Positions 1 to 9,079 of a stretch of DNA of 64,000 bases are shown here, one piece after another. Within the stretch, counting starts at the first letter, position 1, and each line of letters starts with the position of its first letter. A program made the position numbers and the translations under genes. The notes under the pieces were generated by a model, which made no database searches, was not told the DNA's origin, and saw nothing but the letters and a program-made list of their open reading frames with translations. The stretch is from Oscillospiraceae bacterium (GTDB lineage: Bacteria; Bacillota; Clostridia; Oscillospirales; CAG-272): positions 9,203 to 73,202 of the forward strand of contig SVQX01000004.1 of assembly GCA_015065065.1 (NCBI GenBank), written 5' to 3'.

Positions 1-642
1 ACGCTTGCAGTGTATGAGCGGGAAGGAGTTATTTACATATCCGACGGCGATGCCGAGCGCCGCGTGATGCCGACCGAGAGCATAAAGCTGCCCGGACGCC
101 ACAACGTGGAAAACTACATGGCGGCTGTTGCTATATGTGACGGATACGCCGATTTTTTGGAGGCGGAGGAGGTCGCTCGCACCTTTGGCGGAGTGCCGCA
201 CCGACTTGAGCTTGTGGATACCGTTGGCGGAGTCAAGTATTATAACAGCTCCATTGATTCAAGTCCGACAAGGACTATCGCCGCACTAAGCGCGATGGAT
301 AATCCCATAATTATATGCGGAGGACAGGATAAGCACGTGCCGTTTGATACGCTTGCCGTGGAGCTTTGCAAAAGCACAAGGGCGGTGGTGCTGACGGGTG
401 AGGCAAGAGGGCAGATACTTGATGCGCTAAACAGACATCCGCTGTATTCGCCCGAAAGGCTGCCAACCTACGTCGAGCCGAATTTCAAGTCAGCTGTGCT
501 GCTCGCAGCCTCGCTTGCCGCAGAGGGGGACACGGTGCTTCTGTCACCCGCCTGCACCAGCTTTGACGCTTTTAAAAACTTTGCCGAGCGCGGCGAGTTT
601 TTCAAATCAATAGTAAAGGAAATTAAGAGCAAAGAAGGATAA
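1..642 (+). CDS. murD: UDP-N-acetylmuramoylalanine--D-glutamate ligase, C-terminal part (5' end lies outside the window)
   Basis: The frame is open from the window edge. Mur-ligase C-terminal motifs are present: GVPHRLE, YYNSSIDSSPTRT, LLSPACTSFDAFKNFAERG. Confidence 0.8.
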   Translation, partial: TLAVYEREGVIYISDGDAERRVMPTESIKLPGRHNVENYMAAVAICDGYADFLEAEEVARTFGGVPHRLELVDTVGGVKYYNSSIDSSPTRTIAALSAMDNPIIICGGQDKHVPFDTLAVELCKSTRAVVLTGEARGQILDALNRHPLYSPERLPTYVEPNFKSAVLLAASLAAEGDTVLLSPACTSFDAFKNFAERGEFFKSIVKEIKSKEG

Positions 643-646
643 AGAT

Positions 647-1690
647 ATGGAACTGAAGGAACTTATGACGGCTCTGCCCGCACTCATGTCGGTCAGCGGC
701 TACGAGAAGGCTTCGGACAGAGAGCTGTACGAGCTTGTGGGCGAGCATTTTGACGAATGCTTTACCGATGCCCTCAACAACCACTTTTTTGTGAAAAGGT
801 CGGGCAAGGAGAATGCTCCCAAAATTCTCATTGACTCCCATTACGACGAAATAGGAATGATAGTCACCCGCATCAGCGACGACGGATTTGTGTCCGTCGC
901 GCCAATTGGCGGGGTTGATACCCGCATTTTACAGTCGGGTGAGGTCATCATCTACGGCAAGGAGAAGGTTTACGGCGTTATCGGCTCAACTCCTCCTCAT
1001 CTTGCACAGCCGGGGGACGCGGATAAGCTCAAATCAATGGAGGAGCTTTATATCGACACGGGAATTCCGGGTGAGGAGCTGCGCGAGATAGTCAGACTCG
1101 GCTCTCCCGTTGGATTTAAGCCTGTCTACACCGAGCTTCTCAATGACCGTATATGCGGCAAGAGCTTTGACGATAAGGCTTGCGCGGCATCCGTGCTTCA
1201 CGCGGTCATGAATACTCCCCGAGAGGAGCTTGTGGGCGATGTTTACGTTATGCTGTCCTCTCAGGAGGAGGTTGGACTTCGCGGCGCACGTGTCGGCGGC
1301 TTCGGAATATACCCCGATTACGCGCTGGTGCTTGACGTGACCTTTGCATATACCCCCGATACCGAGATTCGCAAGGATGTCTGCCTTGAAAGCGGAGTTT
1401 GCATTACTCTGTCGCCCATAACCGACAGACGGCTCACCCGCATGGCAATAGATATGTGCCGTGAAAGGGAGATAAAATACACGCTTGAAGCCGCTCCCAA
1501 GGGCACGGGAACTAACGCAAACGTAATGGGAATCACCCGCGAGGGCATACCCACGGCGCTTGCAAGCATCCCGATAAAGAGCATGCACTCGCCCTCCGAG
1601 CTTTTGTCAATGGAGGATGCGCGGTCGCTTGCCGACTTTACGGTGGGCTTCATAACCTCAACTGAGATCGCGGAGGTGTTCGGAAAATGA
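647..1690 (+). CDS. M42 family metallopeptidase (FrvX/YsdC/TET aminopeptidase-like), paralog 1
   Basis: M42 metal-ligand motifs are present: DSHYDEIG, SFDDKA, SQEEVGLRGA. An RBS GAAGGA precedes the ATG. Its stop overlaps the next start (ATGA). Confidence 0.85.
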   Translation: MELKELMTALPALMSVSGYEKASDRELYELVGEHFDECFTDALNNHFFVKRSGKENAPKILIDSHYDEIGMIVTRISDDGFVSVAPIGGVDTRILQSGEVIIYGKEKVYGVIGSTPPHLAQPGDADKLKSMEELYIDTGIPGEELREIVRLGSPVGFKPVYTELLNDRICGKSFDDKACAASVLHAVMNTPREELVGDVYVMLSSQEEVGLRGARVGGFGIYPDYALVLDVTFAYTPDTEIRKDVCLESGVCITLSPITDRRLTRMAIDMCREREIKYTLEAAPKGTGTNANVMGITREGIPTALASIPIKSMHSPSELLSMEDARSLADFTVGFITSTEIAEVFGK

Positions 1691-2787
1691 TGTATAACGG
1701 AAAAGAGCTTATAAGGGAGCTGGCGCTCGCCTTCGGTCCCTCGGGCTGCGAGGACGAAGTAAGAGAGCTTATCAAATCGCAGATAGAGGGCGCGTGTGAC
1801 GAGCTGTACTGCGACCGCGCAGGCAATCTTATCGCCGTGGTTCACGGGCAGGGAATCGATTACGACCTTGCCGTAAATTCACCGGACAGACGTCCCGACA
1901 GAGTAATGATATGCGCTCACATGGATGAGGTCGGGTTTATGATAACCGACGTCACCGACGCGGGATATCTCAAATTCGGCACTGTGGGAGGAATAGATCC
2001 TCGCGTGCTGTGCGGCAGACCCGTTTGCGTGGGGGATGAAAATTCCCGCGTGTCGGGCGTTATTACCTCCAAGGCGATACATCTGCAAAGCAAGGAGGAG
2101 CGCGGAAAGTCCACGCCCATCAGTAAAATGTATATCGACATTGGAGCAAAAGACGGTGAGGACGCTAAAAAATACGCCGATATCGGATTTTTCGGTACGT
2201 TTGTGTCGGATTTTGTCAGCTTTGGCAAGGACGGAAAATATATGAAGGGCAAGGCGCTTGACGACAGATGCGGATGCGCTCTTATGATAGAGCTTATGCG
2301 CGCCATCAAGGACAAGCCCTTTGACAGAAGCTTTGACTTGTATTTCGCATTTACAAGATGCGAGGAGATAGGCATTTCGGGCGCTACTGTGGCGGCGAAT
2401 TCCATTCAGCCGTCAACTGCCATTATCCTTGAATCCACCGCAGTCGCGGATATCGCGGGCGTGGATAAATCCCGCCGCGTGGCAGAGCTTGGAGAGGGCG
2501 GAGCTATCTCGCTTGCCGACCGCTCTACAATATACGATATGGCAATCGTTGATTTTGCGCTCGGTGTTGCCGAGAAGTACGGCATCAAGTGTCAGGTCAA
2601 GAAATACGTGTCGGGCGGAAACGACGCGGGCAACGTTCAGCGTTGCGCGGCAGGCGTTACACCGCTTGCCTTGTCAATGCCTACGCGCTATCTGCACAGC
2701 GCGTCAAACGTAGCATCATACGACGACTATATTGCTATGCGTGAGCTTGTGGAAGCAATGCTCCGCGACTGGCGATTCTACAAATAA
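1687..2787 (+). CDS. M42 family metallopeptidase, paralog 2
   Basis: Motifs CAHMDEVGF, ALDDRCG and RCEEIGISGA are present. It is translationally coupled to the upstream paralog. Confidence 0.85.
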   Translation: MMYNGKELIRELALAFGPSGCEDEVRELIKSQIEGACDELYCDRAGNLIAVVHGQGIDYDLAVNSPDRRPDRVMICAHMDEVGFMITDVTDAGYLKFGTVGGIDPRVLCGRPVCVGDENSRVSGVITSKAIHLQSKEERGKSTPISKMYIDIGAKDGEDAKKYADIGFFGTFVSDFVSFGKDGKYMKGKALDDRCGCALMIELMRAIKDKPFDRSFDLYFAFTRCEEIGISGATVAANSIQPSTAIILESTAVADIAGVDKSRRVAELGEGGAISLADRSTIYDMAIVDFALGVAEKYGIKCQVKKYVSGGNDAGNVQRCAAGVTPLALSMPTRYLHSASNVASYDDYIAMRELVEAMLRDWRFYK

Positions 2788-2811
2788 TCATACCGAAAGG
2801 AAATAAAAGAA

Positions 2812-3816
2812 ATGTTGAATACGATCAAAACTCTCACCGCCGTCCGCGCTATATCGGGACGCGAAAAGGCGGTTTCGGACAAGCTTCTCAAGCTTATAGC
2901 ACCCCATGTGGATAACGTCCGCTCCGACGCTATGGGCTCGCTTATAGCCTTCAAAAAGGGAACGGGCAAGGACGGCGAGCGCAAGTCACGCATGCTGTGC
3001 GCTCACATGGACGAGATAGGATTTCTCGTTACCTTCATTGATGATAACGGCTATCTCCGCATCGCTCCCATCGGAGGCATAAACTTCGTTGCAGCGGCAT
3101 ATTCGCTCGTGGAATTTGCTAATGGTACCAAGGGCATTCTCGTTCCCGAGAGCGGAACTGCTCCTGCTGATCTCAGAGCGGAGAAGTTCTATATCGACAT
3201 TGGCGCGAAGGACAAAAAGGAAGCGGAGAAAAAGGTAAAGATTGGTGACTACTGCGCGGTCGAGGGCAGAGTAGAGCGACTTGCAGGCAAGAGAATTGCG
3301 GGCAGACCTCTTGACGACAGGATCGGCTGTGCCATGCTTATAAAAATTGCGGAAGCCTTGAAGGATAGCCCTTGCGAGGATGACGTTTATTTCGTTTTTT
3401 CGGTACAGGAGGAGGTAGGAGTTCGCGGCGCGCGCACAGCAGCTTACGGTATTGACCCCGACAGCGCGCTCTGCTTTGACGTTACGGGAACGGGCGACGC
3501 TATCGGCTCAAAGCCTATGGCTTGCTCCGTCGGCGGCGGTGCGGCTATTAAGATAAAGGATGCATCCGTTATCTGCGACGTTGAGATAACCGAGCAGCTT
3601 TTGAGCCTCGCAAAGGAGCAGGGAATCAAGCATCAGTGCGAGATATTGCTCCACGGCGGCACTGATACGTCAGCTATTCAGGGAAGCCGTGCGGGTGTCC
3701 GTGCGGGAGCCATCTCCATTCCCACCCGCTATATCCATTCGGGGCTTGAAATGCTTGACCTTAATGACGTTCAGGCGTGCATCTCGCTCACACTCGCTTG
3801 GCTTGGAGCAAAATAA
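2812..3816 (+). CDS. M42 family metallopeptidase, paralog 3
   Basis: Motifs CAHMDEIGF, PLDDRIGC and VQEEVGVRGA are present, with an RBS GAAAGGAAA upstream. Confidence 0.85.
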   Translation: MLNTIKTLTAVRAISGREKAVSDKLLKLIAPHVDNVRSDAMGSLIAFKKGTGKDGERKSRMLCAHMDEIGFLVTFIDDNGYLRIAPIGGINFVAAAYSLVEFANGTKGILVPESGTAPADLRAEKFYIDIGAKDKKEAEKKVKIGDYCAVEGRVERLAGKRIAGRPLDDRIGCAMLIKIAEALKDSPCEDDVYFVFSVQEEVGVRGARTAAYGIDPDSALCFDVTGTGDAIGSKPMACSVGGGAAIKIKDASVICDVEITEQLLSLAKEQGIKHQCEILLHGGTDTSAIQGSRAGVRAGAISIPTRYIHSGLEMLDLNDVQACISLTLAWLGAK

Positions 3817-3834
3817 TTATTTCGGAGCAAACAC

Positions 3835-5091
3835 ATGGTTTTTTCGGATAAAACACTTGGACTTGTGAAGGAGGCGGAGGCGGCTCTCGCTTCGCATTTT
3901 GAGCGTATAGACGCTATATCCTTTGCAAATACTTCAAAAATTATGGATGCCTTCCGCGAGTTCCGCGTCGCCGACACTATGTTTGGTTCAACCAGCGGAT
4001 ACGGCTACGACGATAAGGGAAGGGATACGCTTGACCTTATCTGGGCGCGCGTTATGGATGCCGAGGCGGCAATAGTCCGTCACCAGATAGTCAGCGGCAC
4101 TCACGCGCTTGCTATCGGACTTTTCGGGCTTTTGCGTCCGGGTGACGTTATGCTGTCCGTTGCAGGCAAGCCTTACGACACCTTGGAGGAGGTTATCGGT
4201 ATTTCGGGCAAGGCTGGGGACGGCTCACTCCGCGATTTCGGCGTGGACTACGATATGGTAGAGCTTAATACCGACGGTAGCTTTAAATTCGACGAGATAA
4301 GCACGAAAATAAAGGAATACGGCGCGCGGCTCAAAATGGTATTCGTTCAGCGCTCAAAGGGATATCTTAACCGTAAGACCTTGTCGGTGGACGAGATCGG
4401 CGAGCTTGTGAAATTTGTTAAAGGATTATCTCCCGATACCTACGTTGTGGTGGATAACTGCTACGGCGAGTTCGTGGAGGACAGGGAGCCCACCGCTGTC
4501 GGAGCAGACCTGATAATCGGCTCGCTTATAAAAAATCCGGGCGGCGGAATGGCTGAAAACGGCGGCTATCTCGCGGGCACGGCAAAGGCTGTTGAGCTTG
4601 CCTCCTACCGCTTGACCTCCGTCGGCGTCGGAGGCGAGGTGGGTGCTACTCTCGGACAAAACAAGAATATGTATAAAGGACTTTTCTACGCTCCGCATAC
4701 CGTGGCGCAGGCGCTTAAAACGGCGCACCTCGCGGCGTATATTTTCTCAAAAATGGGATATACCGTTGAACCCGCGTGGAACGAGGAAAGACACGATATC
4801 ATCCAAAGCGTTATAACCAACTCACCCGAGCTGCTTTGCGCATTCTGCCGCGGAATTCAGGCGGGCTCACCCGTGGATTCGCACGTTACCCCCGAGCCTT
4901 GGGCTATGCCCGGATACTCGGACGAAGTAATTATGGCGGCTGGAACGTTTGTTCAGGGCGCGTCTATCGAGCTGTCGGCAGACGGACCTCTGCGTCCTCC
5001 TTACACCGTTTATTTCCAAGGCGGACTTACTTACGAGAGTGGAAAAATAGGCATCATGTCAGCCGCCGAATCGGTGGAGAGGGTAAGATAA
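3835..5091 (+). CDS. Methionine gamma-lyase family / YnbB-like PLP-dependent protein (so-called aluminium resistance protein family)
   Basis: The N-terminus FGSTSGYGYDDKGRDTLD and the overall layout match my memory of the YnbB family. This is not verified by search. Confidence 0.7.
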   Translation: MVFSDKTLGLVKEAEAALASHFERIDAISFANTSKIMDAFREFRVADTMFGSTSGYGYDDKGRDTLDLIWARVMDAEAAIVRHQIVSGTHALAIGLFGLLRPGDVMLSVAGKPYDTLEEVIGISGKAGDGSLRDFGVDYDMVELNTDGSFKFDEISTKIKEYGARLKMVFVQRSKGYLNRKTLSVDEIGELVKFVKGLSPDTYVVVDNCYGEFVEDREPTAVGADLIIGSLIKNPGGGMAENGGYLAGTAKAVELASYRLTSVGVGGEVGATLGQNKNMYKGLFYAPHTVAQALKTAHLAAYIFSKMGYTVEPAWNEERHDIIQSVITNSPELLCAFCRGIQAGSPVDSHVTPEPWAMPGYSDEVIMAAGTFVQGASIELSADGPLRPPYTVYFQGGLTYESGKIGIMSAAESVERVR

Positions 5092-5112
5092 CAATACCGA
5101 AAGGACAGAAAA

Positions 5113-6183
5113 ATGAAACTTTCAAAACATATTTGGCTTCGTGCGATATCCTCGGCGCTCGTGGCAATATTTGTACTGTCGGCTCTTGCGGGCTGCTCAG
5201 GTGTCAGCGAAATTCCCGAGGGCTTTCAGTACGCCACCTGCAATGGGGAATATTTCCGTCTGTTTGTGCCTACGCAGTGGACGGTGAATACCGTCAGCGG
5301 CGTGTCCGGAGCGTACGTTTCCCAAAACACGGGCAATACTGTCACCATGCGCGAGGTCAGCTTCACTCCACCCGAAGTTCAAAGCGGAGATGATAAGATA
5401 CCATTCGACTATTTCGTGGAGGCTCACCGCGCCGATATTGAAACCCTGCGCGATTTTGAAAAAATATCTGAGGCTAACACCACAATGAGTGGCTACCGCG
5501 CGTGGGAGATAGTTTATACCGCCAAGGTCAGCGAGAAAACGCACAAATTCCGCCAGGTGCTTTCAAAGGCAAACGACAGATATTTTATATTTACGTATTC
5601 TGCCCTCGAGAGCTACTATGATGCCGTGGGAGAGGACGTTGACGAGATACTCGCCGAAATCCTTTTCTACAACACTCCCTACAACGGCGGCGAGCATAAA
5701 AAAATACCCACCGACGTTGATATTCCCGAGGGGATGAAGCTTGTGTCGGACGACACCGTGGCGTTCAGATTTTTCGCGCCCGACGATTGGACAGTCGACG
5801 AAAAAAATAAAAGCTGCGTAGTATATTTCTCTGAGAGCGACCGCTCAAATGTGAGCATTTTGCCGTATATGCCCGCCGACGATCAGACCACGGTGGAGCA
5901 GTATTGGAAGGATACCGAGCTTTATTATAAGAACAATCTCGCAGCCTACGAGCTTATCTCCACCAATACCAAGGCGACCCTTGGCGGACAGGATGCCGTT
6001 GAGTACGTGTATACTTATTCCGTGGGCGGAGTGAATTACAAGACTATGCAGACGGTAACGGTGTATTCCACGATGATATACAGTATGACGTATACGGCAG
6101 TTGCCGAGAATTACGACGCTCACCTTGATGACGTCGCGCTTATGGGCGAGAAGCTGACCTTCCGCAGCCCTATGAAGGATTGA
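5113..6183 (+). CDS. Lipoprotein with two tandem PsbP/DUF1795-like domains
   Basis: It has a signal peptide ending in the lipobox LAGC. The pattern PEG...FR.F.P..WTV...VYT...TY.A occurs twice within the protein. Confidence 0.65.
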   Translation: MKLSKHIWLRAISSALVAIFVLSALAGCSGVSEIPEGFQYATCNGEYFRLFVPTQWTVNTVSGVSGAYVSQNTGNTVTMREVSFTPPEVQSGDDKIPFDYFVEAHRADIETLRDFEKISEANTTMSGYRAWEIVYTAKVSEKTHKFRQVLSKANDRYFIFTYSALESYYDAVGEDVDEILAEILFYNTPYNGGEHKKIPTDVDIPEGMKLVSDDTVAFRFFAPDDWTVDEKNKSCVVYFSESDRSNVSILPYMPADDQTTVEQYWKDTELYYKNNLAAYELISTNTKATLGGQDAVEYVYTYSVGGVNYKTMQTVTVYSTMIYSMTYTAVAENYDAHLDDVALMGEKLTFRSPMKD

Positions 6184-6184
6184 T

Positions 6185-7357
6185 ATGAACGAAAACAGAG
6201 TATATCTCGACAACAGTGCCACCACTCCGCTGTGCGAGGGGGCGCGCCACGCAATGACAGAGGCGATGGAATGCTTCGGCAATCCGTCCTCCCTCCACAG
6301 CGCGGGATATGAGGCGCATAAGCTCCTTGACGGAGCAAGAAAAAGCGTTGCCGCATCTATGGGGCTTCGCTCATATAAAAACGAGCAGATAGTGTTTACC
6401 TCTTGCGGAAGCGAGGCGTCCTCACTTGCCATATTCGGAAGCGTTTTCGCCAAGGAGCGCAAGGTGGGAAATCGAATACTCACCACCGACTGCGAGCATC
6501 CCGCAGTAGAGATGGCTATGCGGCGACTTGAGGCACACGGCTTTGAGGTGGTACGTATACCTACAAGGGGTGGCGCGCTTGACCTTGACGCGCTGGAAAA
6601 TGCACTTGATAAGCCTATACAGCTTGCCTCATTTATGATGGTAAACAACGAAACGGGCGCGCGTTTTGAGGTGGAAAAGGCATTTGCGCTTGTGAAGGAA
6701 AAATATCCTGACGCTACCACCCATTGTGATGCGGTGCAGGGCTTTTTGAAGGAAAGCTTCAATATTTCGCAGCTCGGCGCGGATATGGTGTCCGTCAGTG
6801 CACATAAAATACACGGACCGAAGGGTGTCGGGGCGCTTTACGTGTCGCCCGACGTGATAAAAAAGCGCAATCTCGTCCCGTTCCTCGTGGGCGGCGGACA
6901 GGAGAGCGGCCTGCGCTCGGGTACTGAAAATATGATAGGCGTCTGTGGCTTTGGTGCGGCGGCGGAGGAGGGAATTGCAACCCTTGCATCCGACCTTGAA
7001 CACATGCGCACCCTGCGCGATGCGGCAGCACAAAAGCTCTCGGATATGGGACTTAAAATAAACCTACCGCAGGGTAAGCGAGCCCCACATATCCTCAGCG
7101 TCACCTTACCGAATATCAAATCCGAGACCATGCTGCATTTTCTGTCGTCCGTCGGCGTTTGCGTGTCCAGCGGTTCGGCTTGCTCGTCGCATTCCAAAAC
7201 GCAAAGCTCCTCGCTTCTCGCGTTTGGACTTACTCCTGCTGAGGCGGATTCCACTATTCGCATAAGCTTTTCGCGCTTCAACACCGCAGAGGATGTTGAC
7301 ACTCTCGTCGCGGCTGTCGAGCGCGGACTTATGATGCTTGTACGCATTAAAAGATGA
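6185..7357 (+). CDS. nifS: Cysteine desulfurase (NifS/IscS-type class V aminotransferase)
   Basis: The PLP-lysine motif SAHKIHGPKGVGALYV and the active-site cysteine loop SSGSACSS are both present. Confidence 0.85.
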   Translation: MNENRVYLDNSATTPLCEGARHAMTEAMECFGNPSSLHSAGYEAHKLLDGARKSVAASMGLRSYKNEQIVFTSCGSEASSLAIFGSVFAKERKVGNRILTTDCEHPAVEMAMRRLEAHGFEVVRIPTRGGALDLDALENALDKPIQLASFMMVNNETGARFEVEKAFALVKEKYPDATTHCDAVQGFLKESFNISQLGADMVSVSAHKIHGPKGVGALYVSPDVIKKRNLVPFLVGGGQESGLRSGTENMIGVCGFGAAAEEGIATLASDLEHMRTLRDAAAQKLSDMGLKINLPQGKRAPHILSVTLPNIKSETMLHFLSSVGVCVSSGSACSSHSKTQSSSLLAFGLTPAEADSTIRISFSRFNTAEDVDTLVAAVERGLMMLVRIKR

Positions 7358-7371
7358 TCGACGATCAAGGT

Positions 7372-7406
7372 ACACACGGGCGATCCTGTCCCGTGTGTCC
7401 TTTTCT
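7372..7406 (+). terminator. Rho-independent terminator after nifS
   Basis: A 9-bp stem acacacggg/cccgtgtgt is followed by ccttttct. Confidence 0.7.
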
Positions 7407-7414
7407 CTATAAAA

Positions 7415-7446
7415 GGGAATATAGTACCAAAAGACGGGAATATAGT
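7415..7446. promoter_or_regulatory. Two exact 11-bp direct repeats (gggaatatagt) 21 bp apart, just upstream of the -35 box
   Basis: The repeats sit at 7415-7425 and 7436-7446, and each is preceded by aaaag. The two-helical-turn spacing suggests an activator or operator site. Confidence 0.4.
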
Positions 7447-7459
7447 GCGAAATGACGTA

Positions 7460-7487
7460 TTGACAAAATTTTTTAATATGGTATAAT
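7460..7487 (+). promoter_or_regulatory. Sigma-A type promoter of the GH28-like operon
   Basis: It has TTGACA (7460-65), a 16-nt spacer and TGgTATAAT (7479-87). Confidence 0.7.
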
Positions 7488-7525
7488 TTACTTGCGTAAG
7501 CTTATTTTTTAAGGAGGATTACACA

Positions 7526-9058
7526 ATGTTTCACAGCTCTGTTTTTAAGCATCAGCCTACCGACAAACTCGGTGAGACGCGCAGTTGTCTTGAAAAAATA
7601 TCGGATGATTTTCGCGTGTGGGTAAACGGTGAGGAGGCTACAGTTTACACCTGCCGCATTTCCAAAATCCCGTTTAATACCATATGGCCCGGATACCAGC
7701 GGCCCATTGAACAGACCGAGCTTGCTTCATTTATAAATATAGTAAGTGACGAGGACGTAACTCTTGAGGTCGAGGTATTAAACCGTGAGTACAAGGATGT
7801 TATGCTTCGCCCGTTCGCTGAAAATATTCCCTTTGAGGAAAAAGACGGCAAGATCAAATTTACCCTTGACAGAGAAGGACAGTTCGTGCTTGCTCTGGAC
7901 GATTTGCATAAGCCGCTTTTCATCTTTAACACCCATCCTATCGAGTGTCCGGATCCCAAATCCGTAACCTACTATTTCGGTCCCGGTATCCACATGCCAG
8001 GAAAAATCACCTTGCACGACAACGAAAGTGTTTACGTTGACAAGGATGCGCTCGTTTACGGCTGTATCTACGCTGCAAACGCAAGCAATCTCCACATCTT
8101 CGGTAACGGTGTGTTTGACGATGCGGGCGAGGCGCGTTTTTCACGTCCCTGCTATGGCCCGTACACCAACGGAAACATTAAATTCTACGATTGTAACAAC
8201 GTAAAGGTCGAGGGCGTTCTTTTCCGCGACTCGGCTATATGGTGTGTAAATCTGTTCCATTGCTTTGACGTGGAAATGGATAACATCAAGGTATTCGGTC
8301 AGTGGAGATACAATACCGACGGTGTGGATATCGTAAACTCCCAACGCATTGTCCTTAAAAATTCTTTTGTGCATTCGTTTGACGATAGTGTTACTATTAA
8401 GGGTATCGACATGTATATAGATACTGACAACAAGGATATGCTCATTGATAACTGCGTGCTGTGGTGCGATTGGGGTAAGACCTGCGAGCTGGGACTTGAA
8501 ACCGCTTGCCGCCGTTATGAGAACATCACGTTCCGTAACTGCGACATTATCCGCAGCGGCAACACCGCGCTTGACATTCAGAACGGTGACTGCGCCGAAA
8601 TATCGAATATCCTTTACGAGAATATCAGCGTAGAGTTCAACTCCTACGACCTTGAGCCGGTATATCAGTCTACCCTTGAGCAGAAGTATCCCGAAAATCC
8701 CAAGATGATACACCCGTGGCTTATCAATATCGTAAACTACCGCTTCCGCAGTGACATATGGTGCAGCGATACCGATCCCGGTAAAATTCCTATGATTCAC
8801 GCGCCGCTTGACCTTGAGGGTATTCAGCAGGCAACCGCACACGATATTACGTTCAGAAATATTACCGTTTATTATGACGAGCGCATCCCGAAGGTTGACG
8901 GAAGATTTAATACGCCTATTTGCGTACACTCCTGTATTGAGGGCGTGAAGCACTATAACATTTCGGTTTCAGGCGTAACCATAAACGGTGTGCCTGCCGA
9001 CGAAAACAACGTAGTTATGCAGGTATGGAGCGCGGAGAATTTTAAATTTACCCACTGA
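7526..9058 (+). CDS. Right-handed beta-helix glycoside hydrolase, GH28-like (polygalacturonase-type), no signal peptide, paralog 1
   Basis: It carries the GH28-like catalytic region NTDGVDIVNSQRI...SFDDSVTIKG. RBS AAGGAGG. The canonical GHG/RIK boxes are not obvious. Confidence 0.6.
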   Translation: MFHSSVFKHQPTDKLGETRSCLEKISDDFRVWVNGEEATVYTCRISKIPFNTIWPGYQRPIEQTELASFINIVSDEDVTLEVEVLNREYKDVMLRPFAENIPFEEKDGKIKFTLDREGQFVLALDDLHKPLFIFNTHPIECPDPKSVTYYFGPGIHMPGKITLHDNESVYVDKDALVYGCIYAANASNLHIFGNGVFDDAGEARFSRPCYGPYTNGNIKFYDCNNVKVEGVLFRDSAIWCVNLFHCFDVEMDNIKVFGQWRYNTDGVDIVNSQRIVLKNSFVHSFDDSVTIKGIDMYIDTDNKDMLIDNCVLWCDWGKTCELGLETACRRYENITFRNCDIIRSGNTALDIQNGDCAEISNILYENISVEFNSYDLEPVYQSTLEQKYPENPKMIHPWLINIVNYRFRSDIWCSDTDPGKIPMIHAPLDLEGIQQATAHDITFRNITVYYDERIPKVDGRFNTPICVHSCIEGVKHYNISVSGVTINGVPADENNVVMQVWSAENFKFTH

Positions 9059-9079
9059 TTTTGAGAGGAGAAAACACCG

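Noticed and set aside
4776-5393. A 205-aa ORF bridges the end of the YnbB-like gene and the start of the lipoprotein gene.
   Set aside because: It is out of frame with two well-supported genes and its translation is Arg/Gly-rich with no motifs. It is a shadow ORF.
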